From: Sphagnum compactum | Lineage: Eukaryota | NCBI GenBank assembly: GCA_965153455.1 | Contig: OZ234494.1 | Coordinates: 3,534,001-3,598,000 of the forward strand | Reading direction: 5' to 3' | DNA length: 64,000 nt | Shown: positions 1 to 14,309 of the stretch, in pieces | Layout: each line of letters begins with the position of its first letter | Numbering within the stretch: position 1 is the stretch's first letter | Notes under the pieces: model-generated | Told to the model about the DNA's origin: nothing | Seen by the model: only the letters and a program-made list of their open reading frames with translations | Databases searched by the model: none | Made by a program: the position numbers and the translations under genes

Positions 1-293
1 TGGATTAAATAAATAAATCATTGAATGAAATTCATCAATGATTGGAAGATAAATAAATTAAAATTTATTTATATCCATTTTCATTTGTTGTCCAAATATT
101 AATATTTCAAACTTGAATGTCATTTAATAATGATGGATAATGTGACTATAGGGGAAAATATGATGATGGGACCAAAATAATTCTAAAATTTTTGTTTAAA
201 AAATCATTTTCATCAACAATGTTAAGAAATAAAACAATTATTGTCATGGGATGAGCGTTAAACCCCCCTTCATTGTCAGCAACATCAAATCCC

Positions 294-620
294 GAGGGGG
301 ACACTTAGTGTAAAGTTTGAGATATACATGCATGAAATGACCATTTTTAAGGGGGGGGGGAGGTAATTGTCCAACCCTTTTTTTATCACCCTATTATTAT
401 CTAATTTTTAAATATATACATATTAAAGCCACCCTATATTAATTATAATCTATTATTTCAGATTATTGCATATCCTATATTATAATTAAATTGATTATTT
501 GCATAAAATTTACCCTATTTTTAAATTAATTACCGTATAATTTTTACCCAACAACTAATATATTGCACCGTATAATTTTTACTCACATGTTTTCTATTTG
601 TTTTTACTAGTGTCCCCCCC
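294..620. mobile_element. MITE-like element with about 15-bp terminal inverted repeats
   Basis: GAGGGGGACACTTAGT at 294 versus ACTAGTGTCCCCCCC at 606-620. AT-rich interior with repeated accctat/taatt motifs. Confidence 0.45.
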
Positions 621-1339
621 AGGCATCATGTGTGTATTTTGTGAAAAATTAGGGTGCTTTAAAAGTAAATAATTATTAACAAAACCCCATTGTCATCTAT
701 GATAATAGGTTGGTTGAAGAAAGTTAATTAAAGTGTTTGCAACTAAATTTTAGTTTATGTCAAAAACCCATTGTCATCAATGACATTAGTTGATGACAAT
801 AGGCAGTTTAAAGATATTTAAAGCATTCAAAACCCATTGTTGTCAACAACATTAGTTAGATTTGATGAAATTTGTAACACCCTTGAAAAATAACGAAAAC
901 AAATTACCATATTATCGTCCACAACGCTTATAAATAGGTTGGAAAGAAGTTGTGGCACCTTTGGAAAGGAAAAAAAACCCCATTGTTGTCAACAACACTG
1001 GGTCAATTTGTTCGATATATATATATATTTGGGAAAAAAAAAAAACAACGACCATGGGATGGATGTTAGCATGATAATAGTAATATAGTTAAAATATATT
1101 GAAAATAATCACATTTTAAACCATAGCCATCAAATACATTTATAATGAAATTTATATTATATTATTCAACAAATGTTATATCATATAGAATTAAATTGTG
1201 TTTCATAAAGCTTTAGTTAATTAAAACTAGAAAAAAAAAAAAATTCGTTGATAAAAATTTAATGATAAAATAAAACATTTATCCATAACTTTGATGGAAG
1301 TTCCTTATATTAAAAACATGTAAGTTCAATTCTTTTTCA

Positions 1340-3260
1340 TCCATACATTAGATGATGAAACAAATCATTCATCCAAAATGAGGATGAATGCTTATGAAAT
1401 GAATTTGTGCTTCCAAGACACTTGGGTTCTGAAGTTGCCATGGGCAAAATTTGTTGTTGGTTTTGATTGGAGAGTGTACCAATTGAAATGTAAAATGTGC
1501 AATGTGATTGAAGGTTGGGGATAAGCTTTTTGTGGTGAAGTGGGATTTGTTGTGAAATCATGCTAACCAAAGGAAGGTTGTTATTATAATGTAGGTGTAG
1601 CAATAGGGGAATATTATTATTTGAAGACAAATCAACATGTGTTAAATGAACACTTGTATGTACAAAGAGGATGGGATTCTATTTTGCAATAAACAGTTGT
1701 AGGTGTGTGATGAAAAGAAAAAAAAAACTAGTTCAATTTGCATTCATTTTTCATTTGTTTTTACAAGGTAGAACCATTATTAAGTATGAGCAAATGCAAT
1801 CATTATTTGCTTTTCTCAAAATGTTTAACTACCCATCCAAGCATTGGGGTGATAGTGTAGGTTGAAAATCTTGGGCTTGCCATGTGTTTTGTCTATGTTG
1901 GAATTTGTCCATGATTTGACGAAGTTTGTGCAAGTTAGGGATGTCTTCATGTGTGATTACATTTTAGTTAGAAAAATCTACCAATTTGATTTGTATAAAA
2001 TGTACAATGATTCAACATTTCATTTTGGCCTCAAAACTTTTTTGAATTCACAAATTTTGTTGCAAACCGGAATTGTAAGATTAACCAAAATTGAATGATT
2101 GACCTCAATTGATGGCACATAACACTTAGCTTTCAACATCATTAGACAATCCCACATGGTTGACTCTATTGACTCCTTAATTAGCGGCCATCATGCAATT
2201 ATTCAATACTAGTTTGAACCCCGTGCCTAATGCACAGGTGTGTCATTTCAACAATGTTTGGTTCATGTTTTAAATTTTTTTTTAAAAATTTATATTTTAT
2301 ATTTATTATTTTTATGTGTTTTCTGTTTTTATTATTATTTTGTATAGTAAAAATAAAGTGTTTCTTTTTCACTTTTGTATTTTTGTTTATTTGGATGCAA
2401 GTTTGAAGTTTGGAGAAAGAAGACACACCTCATTCTTTTTCAAGTAGGGTTTTTCTTCATTATTATAAGTTTTATATTTTCTTATTTTCTATTCTTTATT
2501 TGGTTTCTTCTTTTTTGTAATTTTTTTCTCTTAAAATGATTTTACTGTATTTCCTTTCCTTGTTTCATTTGTTTTCATTCCTTTTTTATAGTTTTTGTGT
2601 TTTTCCTTTTTTTTGTTTCATGTTTTAATTTTTTCTATTCTTATTTTGTCTATCTTCATTTTTTTCCTATTTTAATGCGTTTATTTATTTAATTAATTTC
2701 TATTCTCTTTTCCAAAAAAATTCTAGTTTTTCTAATATTTTTTATAATAAAAATAATTAACTTTTTTTGAAAAAAATTTGTTTGATTAGATGCAAGTTTG
2801 AAGTTTGGAAAAAGAAGACAAACCTTTTTTTTTTTCAAGTATGGTTTTTTTTCTCTTTCTTTTGCTCTCTGTTTTGTATCTTATTTTTTGTCATCTATTT
2901 TTTAATTTTCTTTTAAGATTATTTTACTATATTTCCCTTTTTTGTTTCATGTTTAAGTGTTTACAAAAAGTTTCTAATTGTTAAAGTGTTTTTCTGGTTT
3001 TACTTTTCTGTTTTCTAGTTTTTTCCCTTTTTAAAAAATATATTTGTTCTATTTGGATGGATGACGGGACAGATGACGGGATGGATGACGGACGGACGGA
3101 TGGATGGAAAGCTTCATTTCATCCCGACGTCCTTTACTATATGCAATGGTTTTGATCAAGCAATCAAAGTTGTGAAAGTCGAATGCAACTTTGCATGTGA
3201 TTTGTTGGTGCTCGGATTGGAACAAAGGTTTCCATATCATGTCCAAGATATTGTCCATCT
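1340..3260 (+). pseudogene. Decayed hAT-superfamily (ZNF862/TTF-zinc-finger-like) transposase relic
   Basis: Colinear fragments with stops, frameshifts and an internal deletion: FQDTWVLKLPWAK..QLKCKMC (about 1410-1500), KKKLVQFAFIFHLFLQGR..PSKHWGDSVG (1716-1862), LGLPCVLSMLEFVHDLTKFVQVRDVFMCDY (1871-1960). After an AT-rich interruption comes ACDLLVLGLEQRFP (about 3190-3235). Family assignment is by motif recall. Confidence 0.65.
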
Positions 3261-6200
3261 TTACATGTTTTGGGCCAACTCTTATACACATGGATGTCTT
3301 GGTAGAGGAGCCACTAGGAACCTTTGCAATCCAAAACTTATCACCCAATTTACACTTTTGTCATTGCAATATAGCCCACTTACATCACATTAATTTTTTT
3401 TTCCAAATAGCCATAACAACTTACCCTCTTAGTGTAACCTCCTTGCCACTCATGCTTCAAAGTTTTAAACATTAAAAAAAAAAAAAACCCCTACTTGGGA
3501 GAATTGCAATAGTTCAAATGTTTTGTACTTATGAAATTAAGGTCAAAGCTAAATTTTTTTTTTATAATAATGAAGTTATGACTATTCCACCCAACCCATC
3601 TTGGTTCCTCAATTATTCATCTCATAGCAAAAATTGCAACAACCCATGTTCGAGATTCATATTAGTTCTCCTCCAAGTTCTATCATGGTGCTAGAGAAAG
3701 CCCAAGGCAAATGCAACTATTGCCAAGCCTTTCTTAAGAGAGCTTCTCATAATTCCTCCCTTGCCATGCCCTAGAAAATGGGGAAGGACCCATGGGGCCA
3801 ACCCAAGTGGCCAACTCATGTGACTTTGGGGGGTTTTTTTTTGACCTATGGAATGGTTTGGAATGTGAGATCTTTTTTCAACCCTAAATTTTCAAACCCT
3901 AAATTAGAGAGAGAGCTTTCTAGAACCACCCATTTGGTTTGTTTTTAGAATTCCTTAAAAAAGGCCAACCTAAAGTTGGAACCTGAATAATAATAAGGGT
4001 CTTGAGTTCACACCACCCAATCCTTTGATCAAGTTATCCTTTTGGGTTTCCAAAATAGACACTTGCTCTATCCACCAAACATGATTACCTTATAAAAAGA
4101 ATAGAAGAGATATAGTCTAGTCTCTTTGACACACACTTTGTAACTACCAAAATATGCTTAACATGGTAAAATGTTGTCCAATAAGTACCATAGCTTAACA
4201 TAAGTATGCATTGAGAGACCCCCACAAACTTTGCAGGGCCAATTTGTTATTTTTGTGCATATTTTTGTTGTTACATGTATGCTGAGCAAAAGCTTGAAAG
4301 CTCCAAAAAACCTAAACCCTAAACCCTAAACACATGATAGACTATAAAAGGTGCATTCACACTTGGAGTTAGTGACTCTAGTGTTGAGTCCCTTAGCACC
4401 ATTTCTAGTCCCTTAGCACTACCCCCTACCATACATACACTTTGACAAACTAGAGCTCATTTCCTACCCCTTGCAAGTAACTAAGAGCAACTGCAATTGA
4501 TGTGCCAAAAAAGTAACCCAAATAGTAACCCAAATATGGGTGTTTGGGGTGTTTGAATTTTGAATTTCAAAAAGAAAAAAAAAGACTAGAACCAGGGGTT
4601 AACTAGAGGTTAACCATAGATTGATTTTTTAATTTTTTTTAAAAAAATTTTAAAAGAAAAAAAAAGAGACTAGAACCAGAGGTTAACTAGAGGTAACCAG
4701 TGTTGAGAGTTCTACCTATTTAGCCATAATTCAAAAATGAATTTTCCCCAGTTACTGGCACTCTACCACCACTATACCCTAAACCTATATTTCCCCCCTG
4801 GTTCCCAATGGGTTCCCATCAGGTTCTCAATATGTTCCCCAAGTTCCCAATAGTAGTTATAAAACCTTTCCCATTCTTTATGGATTAAGTGTAATGTTTT
4901 CTTTTCAAGATATATATATACCAATGTATTGGTAAGACACTCTCCAAATACATTAAGAAATTTCTCTTAATGCCTTACATGTTTGATAATTTCATATTCT
5001 TTGCAAGCAAGGTTTGCACATGGAAAACAAGGAAGCAATATCTATTTCCACAATTGAAGCCAAAAAAATAAAATAAAAAAGGTTAGAACAAGGAAAGCTA
5101 AATGAAAATGGTATGATATGAAATTCAATGTTGATGAAATTTCATAAAATACTTGGGTCAATTTTAGGTGGCATATGTGGCATTGGTCCATCCTTTATCT
5201 TTGCACTTCAATTGACATTTTATTGTCCAACCTTGTATATCATGCTAGCTACATGAATGACTTCAAAATACAAATTTTGATTTTTTAAAAATTTCTAGAA
5301 AAATTTATGATAATACATGTCCAAATTTTAATTATAAAGCATGATGGTTTGTTGCCTTCCAATATGAAATAACAACATTATGATTCAAAGAGATTCATTT
5401 ATCACATCCATTTGCATTTAATGGCTTCCACACTCAATTGATGGAGGGTTATACAATGAATCACATCCATGCATTAAAATCATTTCATTTGTTGGCTTTC
5501 ATTTCATCCGCAACTTGGATTCACCCCATCCATTTTCACTTATTCACCCATCAACCGTTCATTTCATTCAATGTAGACAATTCCTCCATCCTAATTCATT
5601 TCCTTAGTAATGCTTTCATGGACCATGAAATCACATTCATCCATTCAAATGAATTTTTCATCCTTTAATGTCCTTATTATTTTGACAACATTCATCCATC
5701 AACGTTTAGTTCATCAATTTTACATTCATGTACATTAAGCATAGGATTCACAAAATTTCATGTGCCTTTGGCTAAGCTAATGCATCACCTAGTCCTTTCA
5801 AGATTTTGTTAATGAATTGATGTTCCACTTGGCATGAATGAGAGTACCTATCCCAATTCTTCATGCACAAGAAGATTAAAAAATTCTTCATTTCTCTTGT
5901 GAGTTTATATTCACTCAAATTCATGGCCATTGAAGTTGTAGTTGTCACTTGGACAATTTCAAATTGAAATGTATTATTCATACGTAAAAGAGATGTGGAA
6001 GTGTGTCTTTTCACATTTGAATTTTTTCAAAGTTTTTTTTCTTTCGATCATCATCCTCAAAAAATTTTTGAATATTTTTCTCCATCAATTGTCATGCCAT
6101 CTTTCTTCAATTGAATTGAATCCTAATCCAATTATTCGAGTAAATTGAATTGAAATTCAATTAAAATTTCATCCAAGTTGCATCTAATGTCATTCAATAT

Positions 6201-7778
6201 TTTCATTCAAAACAAAACTTAATTTTCAAATTGAAATCAATTCATTTTTTTTCATTAATTGATCAATTGAGAGTATCATTGTTAGTTAGTGAGTAGTAGA
6301 GTGGAGCCCAAGTGGATTTGTGGTGTCTATGAAGGCAACATCCAAAATTCTTGAAAAGTTCCTCAACTTACTAGAAAGAGTAGTACCTTTGGTGTCTCTT
6401 CAACCATAAGGTGTTGTTGTGCCTCTTCACCACCCCCTTTGGTTTAGGGTTCCTCTCTCCTTTACTCCTTAGAGGAAAAATAGCTTGAATGCCCACTTCT
6501 TCATTCCCACTTGCAACCCTCCTCCCAATTTCCCCCCTACCCAATTGTGGGTATAGCATCTACCACACACCTAATGGGCTTCATGTAGTTTTGCTTTTCC
6601 AAGTTATGAAGCCCTTTCAAAGCCTACTCTCTACATCTTCATTATTGGAGGAGAGTTACAAGTGCCCCCTAAATTCCCTCAGCAAAAAGGGGCAGGAAGG
6701 AAGAGGAGTGGAGACCATTGGAGATCAGAAGGCACCCAAATTTTCAGCTGGATATCCATTTTTTGGGTCATGAGCAAACTAACTCTTTCTTGCAATGGCA
6801 ATTAGGCCATGGTAGGTTCATCATCTATTCAGTCTTTAGCACCCACACACACACATGTGCACACTCCAATTTGAGAAGTTTGAAATCTGATGATTTTTGC
6901 GGATTGTTTTGATGGGTTTTTGTTTTTCATCATTCATTTCTCTTGGGCTTTTTTTTGTTGCTGGGAATTTTCAGTTGTGATGTGATTTTCTCAAATGGGG
7001 TTGAAGAGTTTTTTCTTTGCTTCAAATTTTTTTAGCTTTCTTCATTTTGATCTCTGGGTTTTACTCCCACCACGTTTGCTGTATGTTTGAATTTTGGGTT
7101 CTTTCAAAGAGCTTGATTCCATTTTTTGCTGATTTTGGGATTCAACTTTGGGGTTGAGATGTAGAATGAATGAGACCTAATTTTTACCTTGTCCTCCTTC
7201 AAATGGGAGAAGTCTCCAAAGATTGATATCAATTAGATAAAATTTGAATGTGTTTGTCAGCTTGTTTGTAAATTGCCAGGTCTCACCAATTCAGGGTTGT
7301 GCAATTGCATTCAGTTCATTGAGAAACATGAAGTCATATGTTAGCCCAGAAAGATTTGTTTTCCAGAGGATAATCAAGTCCATGCAATTGATATAAAATA
7401 CTTGAGAGCACATCCTTCACATGCTTTTTCAGTGGTGATGGAAAACACAAAACATCATATCTCTGATTTCTGATAGTGTATATATTTACAGAGAAAAAAT
7501 AAAATAAAGTTCACCGTGCTCTTGTGGGTGTGTGCTATGTGTTTCCCTCTTGGTTGAAGGCAATAAAATTTTCCATCTAGGCTTCAGGTTCATTGAAGCC
7601 ATGCTCAATAAGAGTTTTACTAATGCCTGAAAAACCATTCGCCATCCAGATCAACATCCTCATATCACAAGTCTTGAGGCAGATTTTATGGATGTACCCA
7701 AGTTTATGAGTTGTGGGTGTGTGAGAAGTTTTGGCAACTTGGATATATGTACAACAAGTTGATTAATTGACTCTCCCA

Positions 7779-8492
7779 ATGGCCATCATCCACAACATTC
7801 AAGCTTTCACCTCCCGAAAACCAGCGAGGAGCACAAGTCTTGTTGTTGGCTCAGAGACCCAACATCATCCACAACAACAATGGATTTATGTATGCAAAGA
7901 AAATTCCTTCAGCTTCCTCAAGGTTGAACCAAAACATGTGAATTTAAACACTCCAATTTTTACCAAACAACATGGACCACCCAGTAGTAGTTCATCACAA
8001 GCTGGTTACAAGGGGGCGTTGCGAGCCACTTCTGAATCTTCAGAGCGAAGTTCTCGTCTTCAACATCATCATCATCATCATCATCATCTTCCTCGCCCAC
8101 AATCTAGTGGCACAACAAGTCTTTGCAGTATGTCACTCAGCAATATTGAATCTGCTGTCGCAAGGAGGCGGAGATTCATTTGGCCTCTTAGCTACAAAAA
8201 AAAGAGAACCACCATTGCACAAATGCAAGGACCCATCATTGACTCTGTACAAGAGCAGGTACATATGCTTATGGGGGCTCATAAACAAAAGGACGACCCC
8301 CATTCTTCTTCCACACCCCCTCCCCTCGATGATACGCCACATTCAATCCCATCATCAAGATCTGGTTTGGAAAAAGAAGAAAGGCATAATAACAAAGTTT
8401 CCTCATCTACTTTCACTAGATCCCATGCAACAACAAACCATATACAAGGTTTCTCGCACCGAATTGGGCATCATTTGAGCCAAATGCCCTGA
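7779..8492 (+). CDS. Putative low-complexity Ser/His-rich ORF (237 aa from ATG 7779); possibly a truncated gene or pseudogene
   Basis: Long ORF with a poly-His run and a basic RRRR/KKKR patch. Upstream lie a donor (atg|gtaggt at about 6812), intron-like T-rich sequence and an acceptor (ttcag at about 7587). No domain recognised. Confidence 0.35.
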   Translation: MAIIHNIQAFTSRKPARSTSLVVGSETQHHPQQQWIYVCKENSFSFLKVEPKHVNLNTPIFTKQHGPPSSSSSQAGYKGALRATSESSERSSRLQHHHHHHHHLPRPQSSGTTSLCSMSLSNIESAVARRRRFIWPLSYKKKRTTIAQMQGPIIDSVQEQVHMLMGAHKQKDDPHSSSTPPPLDDTPHSIPSSRSGLEKEERHNNKVSSSTFTRSHATTNHIQGFSHRIGHHLSQMP

Positions 8493-9204
8493 AATAAACC
8501 AACAAACAATTAATTATGTGTGTAGTCTTGAAAATGAATTATGTGTTTTCATATTCATGGGTTTCATTCTATATGTGCAATTTGCAACCGCTTAACCCTG
8601 AAAGAAAGCATGGAATATAAATTATGGCCTTTGTTTGGTGCTTTGTATCATGGGTGTTTCTAAATATATCTCTGTCCATCATGACTTGCTTATCATATAG
8701 CCTAGCATTGTTAACAATTTCATCTCGTCAAATTGAAAAACTCAAGCAATTTTGGACATTTGTGTAGGTAATAGTGTTTCAAGCATTCTTTGGTTTTTTA
8801 AAGTTTTACTATGCTATTTGCTACAACAAAAAGCAAAAATGAGATTTTGGGTTCAATTTGGTCTAATTCTTTGACTATTAAAAAGTGATTGAAATCTGGG
8901 TTCAAGCTTCAATGAAGGAAAAAGCTTTACAAGTGAGTCAAAGTTCAGATGATGCTTAGAAGTAGATCTAGCATGATCATTTGATAAGCACCAAATGAAC
9001 TCCAAATTGGACTGGTTTGGAAAAACCTACACAAAACTCACCAATGTTCATTGCTTTACATAAATTTAAGGAGCCTTGGGTGTGTTGTGAAGCATGCATG
9101 GTCAATCTACTTGCAGACTTAAAAGGAGACTATGGCAGACAGGAGTAGTTGTAAGAACTAAAGAACCCCTCCCCTTCCTACACCTCATGATCCGCGGATG
9201 TCCA

Positions 9205-9932
9205 GATGGCGGGTATCACATGACACGTCGAGGGTTCTTTCTCTCATATGGCGGGTATCACATGACGTATATAGAGGGTTCTTTTGCTTGCATGGCGGGT
9301 GTCACATGCGATATAGAGGGCTCTTTCGCTCGTATGGTGGGTATTACGTGATATATAGTGGGTTCTTTCGCTCATGTGGTGGGTATTACATGACATATAG
9401 TGGGTTCTTTCGCTCATGTGGTGGGTATTACATGACATATAGAGGGGTTTTTCACTCATATGGTGGGTATTACATGACATGTAGAGGGTTCTTTTGCTCC
9501 TATGGTTGGTGGGTATTACATGACATATAGAGGGTTCTTTTGCTCCTATGGTGGGTATTACATGACATATAGAGGGGTTTTTCGCTCCTATGGTGGGTAT
9601 TACATGACATATAGAGGGTTCTTTCGCTCATGTGGTGGGTATTACATGACATATAGAGGGTTCTTTCGCTCATATGGTGGGTATTACATGACATGTAGAG
9701 GGTTCTTTTGCTCCTATGGTTGGTGGGTATTACATGACATATAGAGGGTTCTTTTGCTCCTATGGTGGGTATTACATGACATATAGAGGGGTTTTTCGCT
9801 CCTATGGTGGGTATTACATGACATATAGAGGGTTCTTTCGCTCATGTGGTGGGTATTACATGACATATAGAGGGTTCTTTCGCTCATATGGTGGGTATTA
9901 CATTACATATAGAGTTTTGCTCGTATGGCGGG
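9205..9932. repeat. 42-bp minisatellite, about 17 copies, with a 214-bp higher-order duplication
   Basis: Unit ggtgggtattacatgacatatagagggttctttcgctcatat. A 4-bp ggtt insertion recurs at about 9504 and about 9718 (214 bp = 5x42+4). Confidence 0.95.
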
Positions 9933-12502
9933 TAAACCCCTCTATGTGGGATTAGGTGTAAGTACTGAAAAATAAGGGGCCCTGCATTTACACAACAAAG
10001 AAAACTAGGGAGGGCTTTATGGATATCTAACCCTAAAACTCAAGCTCTACCTTGATGCTGGACTCAGTTGCATGTATTACAAGTCAGTATGGCAAATGAT
10101 CCTCCACAAAATGCATTAAAAAAAGCACACTTGAAATTAAAGTAGAATGTGTGGAGTTTTATCAATGCCATATGTGACCCCCAATTCAACCTCCAAGAGA
10201 TGAAAATTTGTGGTAGAGAATTTTAATTTTAACCATTTATAAGGAGTTCAAAGTTCAAGGTTTAGACTAATTTTCGGGCAGCTATATGAATTACTCGAGT
10301 ACACCCATGGATAAATATTAGGGGAATTATACATTTTGCTTGGTTGGTAAATTTTTTTTGTCACCCTTTTGATTGCTCTAGTGCAATTGGTTAATGTCTT
10401 AATTTTACCCTACTTTCGCCAAACTTTGCATGTAAGTAATTGAGTTTTATGTTTGCTTGGGCTTTGAGTTGCTTCGCACTACCGATGATGATTAATTATT
10501 TTTTCTCTCTTCTTATGTTCCCATATGGTTTTCAACAATTTATCATTAATTATGTCAATTTTAAATTTAATTTTATCTAAATTAAAATAAATATCATGGA
10601 CATGAAAGGCACATGTTAATTTATCTTTTCATGTCCATTTTGGTGGGTAAAGGAAAGGAATAAGGTAGTTAGGCTTGAAAATGAAATAAATATGAATTGT
10701 CTCTAGAATTTAGATATGGACAACCATATGATAGATTTTTGAAAAATTACCCATATATAATAGTTCCTTGTTCCTCTTTACATTGGAATTTAAAGGCATG
10801 TAATTCTTTTGCAACATATACAAATATAGTATATGACAAAATCATTGTACAATTAATATGCCTTTCTATATTTTCCAAATGAACTTGGTAATGAACACAT
10901 CTTTGAATTATGGTAATTATTAAACAATTTTTTCTTGCATTCAATTTTAGTTCTTTGAATTTATGAACAAAACTATGGTAGACATGCATATCTCCAAACA
11001 CAAGTCAATATCCAAACATTTATCTATATATTTATTGTTTCTGATCTTTTTCTAATGTTCTTCATGAGTGAAGGTTTTAAATACATGTTTGAAATCCATA
11101 GGCAATAGAGTAACAAGGAAGAAACAAGAAGAAAATGAGTGTGTCTAGAAAACAAATTGTTTGCAAAAAATGCATTAGACCTCTACCTCCCTCCCCCCAA
11201 CCATTTTCAAACCTCATATATCTTTCATTTCTTATCTATTTTGAACGATTTAAGACGATATAGATGTGTCAACTTGAGCTCTACAATCCCTCTTTGAACT
11301 CCATAGGTGATAAAGTTATGTTCAAATATCGTTAGCTGCAAATGCTTACCTTATCAAACTGAACATTACTTACAAACATCATGTTTTCTTCATTTTTTGT
11401 CCATTTTGAAAAATCTTCATATTTAATGGAGGTCCACAATATCTCTTTGAACTCCAAAGGCAACCAAATTATCTCCAAGGATTCAAGCTCTTTGAGCGCT
11501 CAAATGTTTGGACAAAGATTTATTGACCTTATTACTTCATACCTTCAAGATATTTTGGATTGTGTTACCATTTGCTATTTCCAGATCTATCTTATTATGA
11601 GTTCACATAATTTAACTTAGGCCCATTCTTAGAGTCCACATATGTTAAATCGCCCGTTAGTATTTACTTGAATAGTCCACATTCAATGACAACATGGATC
11701 ATCAAAATAAAAGGTTATTTTCACTTTGACACTTTGGGCAAATAATCTTACTTTAGACAAGCAATTAGTTTTTATTCCATAGAGAATGGTTGATAACAAA
11801 GAAAACATCAAAGTAATGGGCAATTTCTTGACTTCAATGTTATTTTGGGCAAAGCTAATTCCCATGGTGCAATAAGCATGGTCTATACAAAGAATTCGTA
11901 TTCATCATAACTTACATTAATATTTTATTCTAAATGACATAAGATTTTTTGAATATATTTTTAAAGGAGTCTAAAGGTTTTTTATCTTTTAAAATTTTTC
12001 TTAGGTTGTTTTTACTAATTGCACAGAAGTTACAATTATCTTTCTCTGCTTGCCAATATGTCATCCTTATACACATATTTCATTGATATATATAATGTTT
12101 ATCCTACATTCCCCTATGTTATATCCATGGGAACAAAGAAAATGTTGAATTTATTTGCTTACCCCTACATTATGAACAAAGCAAATAGTTGTCATTTGTG
12201 TTCAACTTTATTTGGATAGGTGATTTTGCAAAGCCTATGTGTGCTCATGCTCAAGTTGTAAAATTTTCAAAGCTCATATGTATAGTTAAATAGGTGGTTG
12301 TAGTTAAACTTTATGAAAATAAGTTCAATTACCTAGGTCCAAAAAATATATTAAGATCAATATCCCTACCTAATAATTGGTCACAAAGTTGAAACCAATA
12401 TTGTGCACATGTTGAGTGTAGGATATATACCACAATGTCCACATAGCTTGAATATCAAAACTCATTTATAATTAGTGTTAATTAATTGTACAAGGTTTTT
12501 AC

Positions 12503-12850
12503 CAATGTTGGGCGGTTATTTGATTTTTCAAAGAACCACTAGTTTAGGTAGTAGGAAAAATGGAATTTCAAAGAACTGGCCAATTCTTATTTTTTGAAAA
12601 TATTGAATCCTAAGAACCAGTTGGTTCCAGTTCTTTATTTTTTTGTTTTTCAAAGAACTAGTTGGTTCTAAGGGTTTCATGTAAACATGGCCAATGTTTT
12701 GTGGTTGATTTTTTAAGAAATAACCAGTTCATTGTTTAGTTGGTTATCAATTAGAACTTTGCATCGGCCTTGTTTTAATTGGGTATTTATTTGGGTATTA
12801 ACCCAATTTGTTAGTGCATGAGTATTCGGTTCTTTGAAAATTAATAAAGT
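12503..12850. mobile_element. hAT-like terminus with subterminal AAGAACC/GGTTCT motifs; likely the 3' end of the 13240-18560 element
   Basis: CAATGTTGGGCGGTTATTT at 12503, followed by repeated caaagaacc/aagaact/ggttc motifs. It matches the reverse complement of the end at 25468 at 17/19 positions. Confidence 0.5.
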
Positions 12851-14309
12851 ACACTATGCATTCTTTTGGGCGTACTTGTCTACTATAATAAACTACATAG
12901 TTTGCATTTTTTGGGTAGACAGAAGGACAAATTGTAAAGCAAAGATACACTTGTGACACAATAAAATAAATTTCCTTTCAACAAAGGTGTGCCAACAACT
13001 TAGTGCCAACAACTTACAATTAAAGCAAGGAAACTTTTGAGCAAGAAAACAAGCAAAGAAGTAGAAAAAATCAACGATGCATAAACAAAATCAGCTATGG
13101 CAACCATAATCCACAAAGTTATATAGCTTTTAAATGTATTTTAAGTCAAGAAAAGAATAGATTAAAGCCCATCTTGGGCTAATGACGAACAAGGAACATG
13201 TGCCAAAAAAAAAGGGGGAAATCGAAAAGGAACATCGCAAAGTTTTGAAAATTCATTTCGGTCAACTTCTTCCTCAAACTTTGTTTCAAGTTCTTTTGTT
13301 AAATTCAATTCTACCTTGCATGCACCTACAAGGTCAAAAGGCTTAAAACATCCAACCCTTGGATCGTCATGCTAGTTTTATTGCCAAATATCATCTAATT
13401 AAGGTGTTTAGTTTACAACTAACACCTTCAAAATGCAATGAAAATTTCAACAATCAAGAAAATCCTCTCTAATACTGGATTTTATTTGTTGGAATCCCAA
13501 AGATTTGTTGAGCCAACAAACCCACTACTTGGAACCTATTTTTCTCCGTGCACCACCAAGTCAATGCACATTTGCATTTGTCCAAATCAACGTGGGTATA
13601 ACAAAATGAATCAAGTTCTCATTCCACCACCTGGGCCACAACTTTTGCACTATTTTTTGTGGTCTGAAACAAATCCTTGTACTCAAATTTTGAGCCTTAA
13701 ACCTAAACCTTTTTAGCCACCACAAAGGGCATCCTTATATTATAACATTGCACTAGCAAAAACAACAACAAACAAACATCATATTTAGCAACCAACTAAG
13801 ATGTAGTTTCACGCTTTAAATAATTGACCACCGACCACATGTTTTTGAACCTTGGGTCGAGCATCAAAACCAACATATTGTACCCCCTCTTCTTATCAAA
13901 CCCATTGACAAAGGAAAGGAAGGTCAAGAACTTCCAACGTTCGGTGCTTCATGTGAATCATGAATTTTGTTAGTTCTGTACATTTGCCTCTGGATGACCC
14001 ATGCTGTCAGGGACAACCAAATTAACATCATCATGAAACTCACATGCCTTTGTGATGATAAATTGCAATGTATCCCCAAGTAGTTAATGTATGCAACTTT
14101 GATTCAAATCATAGCTAGTCACCATTGGTGACAGTATTTTCACCACCATGTCACAAATTGCCCAAGTTTTTGGAGATGGCACATGACTTTGTAATGCCAT
14201 TGTTTGCCAACTATAACACAATGTAATCGCACTTTGGTAAATCAATGCATCTTGGAAAAGCAAAACATGGCTTGCAAACTTGTAAATTACATTAATGAAC
14301 ACAAAGTTC

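Noticed and set aside
9205-9932. CRISPR-like appearance of the 42-bp array
   Set aside because: Units are head-to-tail with no unique spacers, there are no cas genes, and the context is eukaryotic.
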